The translations under genes were made by a program, and so were the position numbers. The notes beneath the pieces are model-generated. The model was not told the origin of the DNA. It saw only the letters and a list, made by a program, of their open reading frames with translations, and did no database searches. A stretch of 64,000 nt of DNA from an uncultured cyanobacterium (GTDB lineage Bacteria; Cyanobacteriota; Cyanobacteriia; CAKZMO01), in NCBI GenBank assembly GCA_963719515.1, contig CAVRCJ010000006.1, positions 256,001 through 320,000 of the forward strand. Direction: 5' to 3'. Shown in pieces: positions 49,454-59,456 of the stretch (its first letter is position 1; each line of letters starts with the position of its first letter).

Positions 49454-49509
49454 CAGCTTCAAGGGGCCAATCTCAGGTGACCAGCTTCAAGAGACCAGCT
49501 TCAAGGGGC
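49454..49509. repeat. 14 bp degenerate tandem repeat x4 between convergent genes
   Basis: CAGCTTCAAGGGGC / CAATCTCAGGTGAC / CAGCTTCAAGAGAC / CAGCTTCAAGGGGC. Confidence 0.75.
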
Positions 49510-50573
49510 TACTCAAGGCTGTGGGTGCGCATCGTTTGAGTATGTATGAGCTGAGAGAGAAAGTATTGGGCGATTAGGGTGGGATGCTCCGCCTCCATGA
49601 TGGCCCTGACGACGGCGACGCGGGTCGCCCCCCCTCCCAGCACGCTGCCGAGGTTGTCGGTATTGATGCCGCCGATGCAAAACCAGGGCACGGTGGCATT
49701 CTTTTGGGCGTGGCGCACGTAGGACAGTCCCGCTGCCGCTTTGCCCGCTTTGGTCGGCGTTTCGTACACTGGGCCTACCCCAATGTAGTCTGCACCCTCC
49801 TGCAGCGCCTGCTCCATTTCCTTTGGGCTCGTGGTGGACTTGCCAACGATGCAGTGTGGACCGAGCATCTGCCGCGCTAAGGCTACGGGCATGTCGTGCT
49901 GCCCCAGGTGAACGCCGTCAGCCCCCACGGCAAGCGCTAGATCCACTCGGTCATTCATAAGGAACAGCGCGTCATACTCGTGGCAGAGCTGCTTGAGCTG
50001 CTTGGCGTGGCGGAGCCGCGTTTTGTCGTCAGCAGTTTTGTCGCGGTACTGCACCAGCGGTAATCCACCCTGCAGCGCGGCCTCTACCACCGATATCAGA
50101 TTGTCTTGGGGAGAGGTCACCAGATACAGCTGCGATCGCAGTAGCTTTTGGTGGCGCTGGTGTCCCAAGAGTCGGCTCTCTAGGGTGTAAATGTCGTAGC
50201 GCATTTGCTTACAGCTCGCCGCCATGTCGCTTCGATAGAGCTTACCGTATTCTTCTAAAACTCTGAGCGCTTCTTCCACACGGCAAAAGTTAGCCTGCAG
50301 CAACTGCTCTAGGCCGCTGCGGCTGGCCTCTCTAGGGTGAGTGAGGTCAGTTCCGGGGTCGTCGGGCGTATTGCGGGCCGCCCGCAGTTCAGGGGTGTGC
50401 CAGCGGGCAAGGGCTTGACGCATATCTTTGCACTGCCCTGAGAAGCCCGCATCTTTAAGACCAAAGCGGCACCACTCTTCGATAATCCTCAGTCCTTCGC
50501 GCGCCCGGTCTAGGTTGGCGTCTAGAATGCGATAAACCACGTCTGACGATTCAGACGGCTGATAGTCTGTCAT
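49509..50573 (-). CDS. thiE: Thiamine-phosphate synthase, cyanobacterial form with an N-terminal helical domain
   Basis: RILDANLDRAREGLR; QYRDK, NDRVD, GVHLGQ.D, GPVY.TPTK and IGGI motifs. Confidence 0.95.
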   Translation of the reverse strand: MTDYQPSESSDVVYRILDANLDRAREGLRIIEEWCRFGLKDAGFSGQCKDMRQALARWHTPELRAARNTPDDPGTDLTHPREASRSGLEQLLQANFCRVEEALRVLEEYGKLYRSDMAASCKQMRYDIYTLESRLLGHQRHQKLLRSQLYLVTSPQDNLISVVEAALQGGLPLVQYRDKTADDKTRLRHAKQLKQLCHEYDALFLMNDRVDLALAVGADGVHLGQHDMPVALARQMLGPHCIVGKSTTSPKEMEQALQEGADYIGVGPVYETPTKAGKAAAGLSYVRHAQKNATVPWFCIGGINTDNLGSVLGGGATRVAVVRAIMEAEHPTLIAQYFLSQLIHTQTMRTHSLE

Positions 50574-50831
50574 TGAAGCCCAATCCCCGTACTTACAGCA
50601 CTGTTTTGATGATCACAGCTCGATTTTCGCTTTGATCTTAGCGGGCGTGCTGCTGAAAAGAAATGTATCTCTTTCTACGGGCTCTCGGCTAGGGGTCCGG
50701 CTGTTTTAAGGTGGGTCAGTGGGTCAAAGGTCTAGGAATGGGGATTCTATCTGCTGCGTCCTTCGCTGCAGGCGGTGTCCTTGCCGTTGTTATCAAACTT
50801 GGCGAATGGAATTTCGTGAGTCAGAGTTTTT

Positions 50832-52268
50832 GTGAATCAGAATGCTGTGAATCAGGCTAACAGACCCCTAGTTGATGCGCTCCGCCGCGCCAGCCAGCGC
50901 TCCCACGCCTCTTTCTATACGCCAGGCCACAAAGGGGGGCAAGCGTCGCCCTTGCGTTCCTGGTGGGGGGAAAACGTGCTGGCGGCGGACCTGCCGGAGC
51001 TGCCAGAGCTAGACAACCTGTTCGCCCCTGCTGGCCCGATCCGCGACGCCCAGACGCTCGCCGCCGCTGCCTTTGGCGCAGAGCAGACCTGGTTTCTCGC
51101 CAATGGCTCCACCGCTGGGGTCGTTGCCGCTATTTTGGCCACCTGCACCCCTGGCGATCGCCTCATTGTGCCGCGCAACGTCCATCAGTCGGTGGTATCA
51201 GGGCTGATTCTCTCGGGGGCATGGCCGGTGTTTGTGCCGCCTGTCTGCGCTCCCGACTGGGGCCTCGCCCTAGGCGTAGCGCCTGAGACCGTCGCCGCTG
51301 CCCTGAGGCGGACCCCGGCCAAGGCCGTCCTAGTGGTCTCGCCCACCTACTACGGCACCGGCAGTGACTTGGCCGCGATCGCCGATCTGGCCCACAGCCA
51401 CGGGGTTCCGCTGCTTGTAGACGAGGCCCATGGCGCTCATTTTGCGGCCCACCCCGACCTGCCGCCCACGGCCTTAGCGGCAGGGGCAGATGTGGTGATT
51501 CAATCCACCCACAAGACCCTTTCGGCCCTCACCCAAAGCGCTATGCTTCACCAACAGGGACAGCGTCTCTCCGGCAGTCGGCTGAGCCAAGCACTTCAGC
51601 TTGTGCAGTCTACCAGCCCTAACGCCCTGCTGCTCGCGTCCCTCGATGCTGCTCGCCACCAGCTAGCGACCCAGGGAAAGGTGCTGCTGACCCAGACCCT
51701 AGCCCTCAGCGCTCTAGCCCGCGAGCGGTTGGCGACTTTGCCTCCCCTGCGCGTGCTCACTCCGACAGCGGCCCTACCCTTCTCCTTGGACCTAACCCGC
51801 CTTACCGTTGACGTTTCTGGGCTGGGAATGACGGGATTTGAGGTGGATGAGTGGCTGCACGAGCGAGGGGTGACGGCGGAACTACCGGAGCCGCGATCGC
51901 TGACGTTTATTTTGAGCCTGGGAACGAGTCAGGCAGATGTGGCGCAGCTGGTGGCCAGATTCACTGACCTGGTGGCGACAGCCTCAGAAGAGGCCGCCCA
52001 AGTTTCCGCCGTAGAGCTGCCGATCCCCACCCTAGGCTGCTCCCCGCGAGACGCCTTTTTCGCCGATGGGGAAGTTGTGGCCGTGGAGTTAGCGGTAGGA
52101 CGTACTTGCAAGGCCACTATATGCCCCTACCCCCCCGGTATTCCAGCGCTGCTGCCGGGTGAAATCGTCTCAGCTGAGGTGGTAGCACGGCTGCAGGCGA
52201 TCGCAGCAAGCGGGGGCGTGATTACAGGCTGTGGCGCTGGTCTAGAGGCTGTAGAGGTGGTGAAATAG
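50832..52268 (+). CDS. Orn/Lys/Arg decarboxylase family PLP-dependent enzyme
   Basis: TPGHK, NGST, RNVH.S, VDEAHG, QSTHK (PLP Lys), STSP and PYPPGIP motifs. Confidence 0.92.
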   Translation: MNQNAVNQANRPLVDALRRASQRSHASFYTPGHKGGQASPLRSWWGENVLAADLPELPELDNLFAPAGPIRDAQTLAAAAFGAEQTWFLANGSTAGVVAAILATCTPGDRLIVPRNVHQSVVSGLILSGAWPVFVPPVCAPDWGLALGVAPETVAAALRRTPAKAVLVVSPTYYGTGSDLAAIADLAHSHGVPLLVDEAHGAHFAAHPDLPPTALAAGADVVIQSTHKTLSALTQSAMLHQQGQRLSGSRLSQALQLVQSTSPNALLLASLDAARHQLATQGKVLLTQTLALSALARERLATLPPLRVLTPTAALPFSLDLTRLTVDVSGLGMTGFEVDEWLHERGVTAELPEPRSLTFILSLGTSQADVAQLVARFTDLVATASEEAAQVSAVELPIPTLGCSPRDAFFADGEVVAVELAVGRTCKATICPYPPGIPALLPGEIVSAEVVARLQAIAASGGVITGCGAGLEAVEVVK

Positions 52269-52416
52269 GACTCGCGCCAAGGGGAGTACTGCTTGGGGAT
52301 AATAGAGCAGTGATATTGACCCTCAAGCAGTGCGCCTCATTCTACGAGTGGCTCATAATAGGAAAGGCCCTGCTCTCTTTCTGTGGTGGGCGTCGCTCAC
52401 CTTTGCGTCAAATCCT

Positions 52417-53358
52417 ATGGCACATTCCGAATCCAAGCGCTCTATCTATGCGGCAATGGCGGCCAACGTCGCCATTGGCATCGCCAAGTTTATCGGGGCG
52501 GGCATCAGCGGCAGCTCGGCTATGCTCTCTGAAGGCATCCACTCTGTTGTGGACTCAGTCAATGAGGTGCTGCTGCTGTATGGCCTGAAACAAAGTGAGA
52601 TTGCCCCCGATGAGCAGTATCCTCTAGGCCGCGGGCAGGAGCTGTATTTTTGGTCGCTGATGGTCGCAGTGCTTATCTTTGCGCTAGGGGGCGGGATATC
52701 GGTTTACCAGGGGATTCAGAGCTTTCAGAATCCCGAGCCGGCCAGCAGTCCTCTGGTGAGCTACGGAGTGCTTGGGGCGGCGGCTCTTTTTGAGGGGGCG
52801 GCCCTTTTCGTTTCCATTCGAGAGTTTAATAAAAGCCGTTCCGAGAATGACGGGGGGCTGTGGCGCGCTATCCAAGAGAGCAAAGACCCCAGCAGCTTTA
52901 TCGTCATTGTTGAGGATACGGCGGCGCTAGCTGGCCTAACCATCGCGTTTGGGGGCGTTTGGCTCAGCGAAACCCTGGGCAACCCAGCGTATGATGCGAT
53001 CGCCTCTATGCTTATTGGCCTCCTGCTAACTATAGTCGCGACGGCCTTGGTGGCCAAGACGAAGGGGTTGTTGGTGGGCCAGAGCGCCTCTGAGGCCACT
53101 CGCACAAGCATTAGAACTATCGTTATGTCCGACGAGGCGGTGCTGGAAATGGGGCCTCCCATTACAATTCACTTTGGGCCAAGGGACGTGATGCTGGCCA
53201 TGAATATTGAGTTTGGGGATGACCTTTCGGCAGACGATATCGAAGCGGCGGTGCGGCGTATTGAGAAGGCGATTCGGCATAGCCACAGCGAGGTCAAGCG
53301 AATTTTTATTGAGGCGCAGGAGGCGGGCACTGAGTTTGAGGAAGTCGCTTTAAAGTAG
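52417..53358 (+). CDS. Cation diffusion facilitator (CDF) transporter
   Basis: GSSAMLSEGIHS..D, EDTAA and D..AS..IG motifs; C-terminal dimerisation domain. Confidence 0.9.
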   Translation: MAHSESKRSIYAAMAANVAIGIAKFIGAGISGSSAMLSEGIHSVVDSVNEVLLLYGLKQSEIAPDEQYPLGRGQELYFWSLMVAVLIFALGGGISVYQGIQSFQNPEPASSPLVSYGVLGAAALFEGAALFVSIREFNKSRSENDGGLWRAIQESKDPSSFIVIVEDTAALAGLTIAFGGVWLSETLGNPAYDAIASMLIGLLLTIVATALVAKTKGLLVGQSASEATRTSIRTIVMSDEAVLEMGPPITIHFGPRDVMLAMNIEFGDDLSADDIEAAVRRIEKAIRHSHSEVKRIFIEAQEAGTEFEEVALK

Positions 53359-53388
53359 GCCGCTCTTCTGATCCCAGGTCTGCAGCAG

Positions 53389-54486
53389 CTATGGCGACTG
53401 GTGGGGGGGCACAGCGGCGTTTGGACCTTTTTTATCAGCGCGGCGGGCAATCTTGTCGGCTATTTCCTGCGTGTAGAGCTTAGCTGCAGATTCGATCACA
53501 TGGTCAGCATTTTCCATTTGGTTCACCCCAAACGTCACTGGGTCATCCATAATCACATGCATGCGATCGCTTCCGCGCGTTTCCCGCCTGAGCTGCTGCT
53601 GAACCTGACGAAAATAGCGGCGAAACTTTGGATTTTTGTACAGCCCCTGGTACAGAGGGCTGGCCACGATGTACACGTCAAATTCATGTTCGTCCGCGAG
53701 GTCTTGGATCGCTGATAGCGATCGCCGATTAATATCGGAGATGGGCTCGGCGCGACCCCTGACATCGCTAATATGTCCTGCGGCGTCTTCTACGACGCTT
53801 TCGGGGTTGGGGTTGTATTTAGCCATAAAGCCGCTGGGGGACACCGCGAATTCTTTCCCTTTTTTGAAGGTCTTGGTGGGCTTTTGCAAGAAGTCCGCCA
53901 GGGTTTTGCTTGAGGTGTAGAGATGCAGATGTTTGTACGAAAACCACTGAAGCTTTTGACCAAAATCGGGAGATAGCGGCGGCGTAAAGGAGCGCATCGA
54001 CGCTTGGGACAGCGGCGTTCTAGAGAGGTGGGCGAACGTCTCGCTACCGACGTCTCGCTGCCACAGGTCATAGACATGAACGATAACGACCTGTTTTGGA
54101 GGTCCCACCTGATCGATATGCCGCTCCAGCATCCAGGCGTCGTTGAATACTAACAGCGGACCGTATATGCATAGGTTGAGCGCGGTTCCCCCCAACGCTT
54201 CGCTCAAAACTTCTGGTACAACGCCCTGGTTGCAGCTTGAATCCCCTAGCACTAGCCAGTCTACAGGCTGCTCTAAACGGGTCAGCAGGTTCCATTTATG
54301 ACTGGCTAAGAAATAGCCACGGTTTGAGATCAAGTACTTGAAAAATACGTTCGCCCCGCTGTTGAGGAAAACGACCAAGACCAGCGCCCCCAAAAGATTT
54401 AGGCAAACCTCTCTCGCTTTTGAGGATCTTATTTTCTCGCTAGGGACTGAGGTTTTGACGCGATCGCCGTTGGAGGCTTGATTCAT
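53389..54486 (-). CDS. SGNH-like (DltD/AlgJ-type) partner of the MBOAT acyltransferase
   Basis: N-terminal TM, LGDSS motif and C-terminal DH; directly downstream of the MBOAT gene. Confidence 0.6.
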   Translation of the reverse strand: MNQASNGDRVKTSVPSEKIRSSKAREVCLNLLGALVLVVFLNSGANVFFKYLISNRGYFLASHKWNLLTRLEQPVDWLVLGDSSCNQGVVPEVLSEALGGTALNLCIYGPLLVFNDAWMLERHIDQVGPPKQVVIVHVYDLWQRDVGSETFAHLSRTPLSQASMRSFTPPLSPDFGQKLQWFSYKHLHLYTSSKTLADFLQKPTKTFKKGKEFAVSPSGFMAKYNPNPESVVEDAAGHISDVRGRAEPISDINRRSLSAIQDLADEHEFDVYIVASPLYQGLYKNPKFRRYFRQVQQQLRRETRGSDRMHVIMDDPVTFGVNQMENADHVIESAAKLYTQEIADKIARRADKKGPNAAVPPHQSP

Positions 54487-54515
54487 TGATGGGGGGCCAC
54501 AAAATAACGCTTTCT

Positions 54516-56004
54516 TTAGAACTGAAAGTAGATAAACTCAGCTGTGTCGCGACTGCTAAAGACAATAATAGCCGCCAGGAAAGCGCCGTACAGCGGCACG
54601 CGAATCCAAAATTTCAGCTGGGTTAAGGTCAGTAAGTCTTGAGACCGGAGCTGTAGCCATTGAACAGCAACCAGAGGAAGGCTAAAGAATAGCAGATCGT
54701 AGGCCAGGTCAAGGCTATTGGCAGATGGGGTTAGGCCAAGATGGGTAATCATATAGCCTGCTTGCGAAAGACTGGTAGAGCGAAACAAAATCCAGCCAAT
54801 ATTGGTTAGGAAAAACATTGTGGCAACGCTGAGCCACTGGACAAGACCCCCCAACGCGCCTTGTCTCGACGGCGGAGACCGAGACGACAAGCGCTTGTCG
54901 TCGCCATCCTCGGCGGCGCTTGGGTAGGCTTCTTGACCAGCGCTACCGATGTAGGGCTGGATGATTCGGTAGCCAATTAGCAGCGCGCCGTGGAAGGCAC
55001 CCCAAAGAATAAAGTTCCAGGCTGCTCCGTGCCATAGACCACAGAGCAGCATCGTAATTGCTAGGTTGCGATAGGTTGCTGTGCGCACCTGCGCGGTTGC
55101 CCCCCAACGGAATGTAGACGTAGTCTCGAAACCAGGTTGATAGGGAAATATGCCAGCGCGCCCAAAAATCACTTGGGTTGGCGGCAAAGTAGGGGAGCTT
55201 GAAGTTGATCATCAGCTCAAACCCCATCAGCTTGGCTAGTCCTCTAGCAATGTCAGAGTAGCCTGAGAAGTCACCGTAGATTTGCAGCGTAAACGCCAGG
55301 GTGCCGATGACAATATCGAGACCTTGGTAACTTGTATACTCCTCAAAAACGGTCGCGGCAACGTTGCCAAGGCTGTCGGCCACGACAAGCTTTTTGAAGT
55401 ACCCCCACAGAATCAAGAACAGTCCCGCGTTAATTTGATCGGCGCGGAGGGTACGAGGCGACTGAATTTGGGGCAAGAAGGTCGACGCCCGTTCGATAGG
55501 GCCGGCAACGAGCTGAGGGAAAAAGGAAACAAAAAGGGCAAAATCAATGCCGTTACGCACGGCGGACATTTTTTGCCGGTAGACATCGATGCTGTAGCTC
55601 AGGGTCTGAAAGGTATAGAACGAAATACCCACGGGTAAAATCACGTTCAAAAAAACTGGGTCGGCCTGTAGTCCCAATAGAGCGATCGCCCGCCCGGCAG
55701 TTTCCGAAAAGAAATTGAAGTATTTGAAGAACCCCAGAATTGATAGATTTGACGCCAAGGAAATTATCAAAAATATCCGCCGCGATCGCTCACTTTTCGA
55801 CTGCTCGATTTTGAGTCCTACCCAAAAGTCGATCAGGGTTGAGCCAATCAACAGCAGTAAAAATCGAGCATCCCAGTAGCCATAGAAAAGGTAGCTCGCG
55901 GTTAAAAGCAGGCAGTTTTGCGCTCTATAGCGATCCTTGAGGACAGCATATGCGGAGTAAACGATGCAGAAAAAGGCAACAAAAATGAAAGAGTTGAAGA
56001 GCAT
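54516..56004 (-). pseudogene. MBOAT O-acyltransferase (AlgI/DltB-like), frameshifted near 55085 (real lesion or assembly error)
   Basis: LPVGISFYTFQ, FFPQLVAGPIER, DFSGYSD and [19 protein letters not shown] in one frame; [24 protein letters not shown] in another. Confidence 0.85.
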
Positions 56005-56322
56005 ACTTTGTGCGCACCTTTTTCTGTCGTCTGCCTATTCGGGCCAGACTGACTCGGTAATTTCAGTAATTCTATCCTACTGAGAGCGCTGAGCGATATG
56101 ACGGGAAGAATTACTGCGGCCTCTACTATCTTGACGCAGACGGAGCCGTACACTTATAGGTAAGGCACTAGGCTTTAATAGAATATACGGAAAATGTCCT
56201 AATGCTTAAGACATTTGCACGCCACATTGCCTATGCTATGTGAGGGTTTGAGCCCGCGACATTGTCCTAGACAATGTGGCAAAGCTAACTCCTAGATGAA
56301 GCTACACAGGATATAGCACAAA

Positions 56323-56970
56323 ATGGTTCAGGATATCGAGAGAATGCTGGGGGAGATACTTCCCGAAATAAACTTTCTAAAAATTTCAAACTCTAAAATA
56401 ATTCCTGGCTCTCTACTGGAGTCTTCTGATATTGATCAATGGGTTGGAAACATCCAAGACGTTTTAGTGACTCATTTCGACAAAGAGGATTTTGAAACGG
56501 AAATCATCCCAGCCTCTTTGAACCTCAGACAAGCAAAGCGCTCGTTTTCCGGGGACGCAGCGATTAATATTTTAGGATTATTTGGCCTCAACCTAAAGCG
56601 ACAGTCTCAGCTCAGCCTAAACATCGAAATAGCTCAGGTCAAAGTTCGCCAGTTTAAGTCGAGTAAGATAGGTATCATCCAGCTGGAGAGAGTATTTAAA
56701 AATCTCAAGGAAGAAGACAGCGATACCTTTAAAAGTTTGCGAGGACGATTCTTGGTGTTCTCCGCGTTCTACGCCAGTCAGCTGAGACTAGAGTTTAGCG
56801 AGCTTTCTGGCAGCGGTGGTAGTCTCAAAACAGATTTGGAAGAAGTAGACGCTGGCATTGAATTTTCTGTTCGAGAAGATGCGGTATTCGTTAGCAAGAA
56901 CGATGCAATTCCGTTCGGCGTCTTTGGCTACGAAATTACGAAAACCGGCGTGATTCTCGAGACAGTATAG
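56323..56970 (+). CDS. Putative bacterial gasdermin-like pore-forming protein (pore domain only)
   Basis: Order of elements matches bGSDM: I.P..LL, G.I.D.L, two amphipathic beta-hairpins, FLV...FYA..L.LEF, terminal PFGV; recognised by eye only. Confidence 0.62.
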   Translation: MVQDIERMLGEILPEINFLKISNSKIIPGSLLESSDIDQWVGNIQDVLVTHFDKEDFETEIIPASLNLRQAKRSFSGDAAINILGLFGLNLKRQSQLSLNIEIAQVKVRQFKSSKIGIIQLERVFKNLKEEDSDTFKSLRGRFLVFSAFYASQLRLEFSELSGSGGSLKTDLEEVDAGIEFSVREDAVFVSKNDAIPFGVFGYEITKTGVILETV

Positions 56971-56991
56971 CGCGATCGCCGTCTCTCGGCT

Positions 56992-57618
56992 TTACTCAAT
57001 CCGATATATCCAGGTCTGCAGATACAGGTCGGGCTGCCCTTTTGGTTCAGCGAGATACCGGTCTCCTTGCTCTATCAATAGCCACTGCTTTTGCGTCTCC
57101 AAGTCCGCCATTTTGCTCTTAAAGTCGCTGCTCTCATAAAAATCAGGGCGCAGGGTAAAAATAATCTGTCCGCCTGGTTTCGTCACCCGAATCAGTTCGT
57201 CGAACGCGCGGCTAGGGGCGTGGCCATAGGTAAAGACGCCGCAGGCGGTTACCGCGTCAAACATGTCGCTAGCAAAATCTAAAGGCTCCCCCAAGATCAT
57301 CTGCCGCAGTTCAGTATAGACCGCCTTCTTTTGCGCCTCAGCCAGCATTCCTTCAGAGAGGTCAATGGCGACCAGATGGCGATAGCCTTCCTTATGCAGC
57401 CACTGACCCAGGGTACCGGTACCCGCTCCGGCGTCTAGAATACAAGCGGTTTTAGGAACATATTTAAGCGTCAGGTCGACGATGGGCTCGCGGCCAGGGC
57501 GACCAAATACGCGGGTTAGATCGTCTTCGTATTCCCGAGACCACTGATTGTAGCGCTGAGCTAGCTCTTGGTTGTTCTGAGAATCGTAAACCCACTGGAC
57601 TTTGTCTTCTGTATTCAT
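56992..57618 (-). CDS. Class I SAM-dependent methyltransferase (METTL27/WBSCR27-like), coupled to the PKS
   Basis: ILDAGAGTG, IDLSEGML and RVTKPGG motifs; its ATG overlaps the TE stop (ATGA). Confidence 0.9.
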   Translation of the reverse strand: MNTEDKVQWVYDSQNNQELAQRYNQWSREYEDDLTRVFGRPGREPIVDLTLKYVPKTACILDAGAGTGTLGQWLHKEGYRHLVAIDLSEGMLAEAQKKAVYTELRQMILGEPLDFASDMFDAVTACGVFTYGHAPSRAFDELIRVTKPGGQIIFTLRPDFYESSDFKSKMADLETQKQWLLIEQGDRYLAEPKGQPDLYLQTWIYRIE

Positions 57619-59456
57619 TGGCTTGTTGGCTTAGTTTGGTTGATTGCTAAGCAGCGTCTGAGCCGCTGGGCCAGCGTCAACACGCAGGGTTCCATCATCA
57701 TGGTGAAGTGATTGCCGGGAACCCGGTGAAACGCTAGCGGTTGGCCAGAAAGCTGGCTCCAGCCCCAGGTGGGGTCTTTGAGCGTCGCCTCTAAGCCGGG
57801 GAGAAAGCTGTCTTCTGGGTGGACGTCACTGGCCCGCAGAAGGGTGATTGAGCTGGGATATCCCACCTGAAGCTCGTACTGGGTCATGGCCTGCATATTG
57901 GCTTTGTACACCTGGAACAGCCGCTTCAGCTCTGCTACGTTGAACGCCTGCCCTGCTTTTTTTAAAGCAGAGCAGAGCAGGTCTATCTGCTGGTCTAAGC
58001 TCAAGCTGCCCAGCGCCGGCGGTGAGTCCAACGCTTGCTCAAAGGAGCGTTCAAATACGCTGATGAACCCTTTGGCGTATCGGCTGTCGCTCCAGTGAAT
58101 GGCATCTTTTTCATAGTCCACAACGGGCACCTGAATATCCATCACCACAAGCCGGGAGTCGTGACCTTGGGCCTGTAGTTGGTTAGCAATTTCAAAGGCA
58201 ACTTTGCCCCCAAAAGAGTGGCCGCCCAGAAGATAAGGGCCGTGGGGCTGGACCGCTTGGATGGCTTTGATGTGGTGGGCAGCAATGTCGGCCATGGTTG
58301 TGTAGGGGTCAACCTCTTCATCAAGACCGAGCGATCGCAAGCCATAGAATGGCTGCTCAGACCCTAAATGGCGGGCAAGGGGCTCTAGTTCGAACACGTT
58401 GCCCAAAATTCCAGGCAGGCAGAAAAAGGGCGGTTTGGACCCCTGGGGCTGGATGGCAACGAGGGTAGAGCAAAAGCCGCTTTGGCTACAGGAGGGCGCT
58501 GACTGGTCTAACGCCAGGGTCTCTGCGAGGTAGTCGACCAGCGCGTCTAGGGTGGGGTAGTCGAACAGGAGGGTTGAGCGAAGACTGCGGCCCAGGCTTT
58601 TTTGCAGAGAGCTGCGCAGCTCGATCGCCATCAGCGAGTCTAGCCCTAGGTCAAACAGCCGCTGAGTGGGCTCAATGCTCTTCGGGTCTTGGAAGCCCAG
58701 AGTTTTCGCAGCCGTGGCCCGAACGCTGGCGGCCAGCGCTTCGCGGCTCGTCGGCAGAGTCTGAGCGATCGCTAATGACTGTGGTGCAGGCTGGGTAGCA
58801 GGCAGGGTAGCTGCTTGGGACATCACGGTCTGATAGAAGGGAGACACCTGCTGCCCCTCTATCCAGGTCGACCATTGCACCGGCAGCACGACCACTTGAC
58901 TGACGTCTTGTCCCGTCAGCTGGCCAAGTAATTCAAACCCCTCTGTAGGGCGAATAAACTCAAAGCCCTGGGCCTCTAGCTTCAGCTGCTGATCCTCAGT
59001 CAGCTTCGCGGCCATCCCCACGTCTTTCCAAGCACCCCAGTTGAGGCACAGGGCCGGTAGCCCCAGGGCTCGGCGATGGTGAGCGATCGCATCTAAAAAC
59101 GCGTTAGCGGCGATATAGTTCCCTTGCCCTAAGGTGCCTGTGACTGAGGCAGCAGAGGAGAAACAGATAAACAGATCTAGAGGTAACGCTTGGGTCAGCT
59201 GGTGCAGATGCCAAGTCCCCAACACTTTGGGGGCCATGACCCTTTCGAAGCGCTCCCAGGACTGGTGCTGAAGAACGCCGTCGTCTAAGACACCAGCGGC
59301 ATGAATGACGCCGCGGAGGGGGGAGGGACAGCTATCGATTAGGCGGGCGACGTCGTCACGCTGGGACACATCCGCCTTGACCACGAGAATCTGGGCCCCG
59401 CTTTGCTCTAGCTGGTGAACCTTCTCTTGGACCTCTGGCTGAATTTGGGAGACCAT
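57615..59456 (-). CDS. PKS C-terminal part: KR (C-half)-ACP-thioesterase
   Basis: HAAGVLDD, FSS..GQGNY.AAN, GLDSL, GHSFG and GNHF; continues the upstream ORF across a frameshift. Confidence 0.9.
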   Translation of the reverse strand: MVSQIQPEVQEKVHQLEQSGAQILVVKADVSQRDDVARLIDSCPSPLRGVIHAAGVLDDGVLQHQSWERFERVMAPKVLGTWHLHQLTQALPLDLFICFSSAASVTGTLGQGNYIAANAFLDAIAHHRRALGLPALCLNWGAWKDVGMAAKLTEDQQLKLEAQGFEFIRPTEGFELLGQLTGQDVSQVVVLPVQWSTWIEGQQVSPFYQTVMSQAATLPATQPAPQSLAIAQTLPTSREALAASVRATAAKTLGFQDPKSIEPTQRLFDLGLDSLMAIELRSSLQKSLGRSLRSTLLFDYPTLDALVDYLAETLALDQSAPSCSQSGFCSTLVAIQPQGSKPPFFCLPGILGNVFELEPLARHLGSEQPFYGLRSLGLDEEVDPYTTMADIAAHHIKAIQAVQPHGPYLLGGHSFGGKVAFEIANQLQAQGHDSRLVVMDIQVPVVDYEKDAIHWSDSRYAKGFISVFERSFEQALDSPPALGSLSLDQQIDLLCSALKKAGQAFNVAELKRLFQVYKANMQAMTQYELQVGYPSSITLLRASDVHPEDSFLPGLEATLKDPTWGWSQLSGQPLAFHRVPGNHFTMMMEPCVLTLAQRLRRCLAINQTKPTSQ

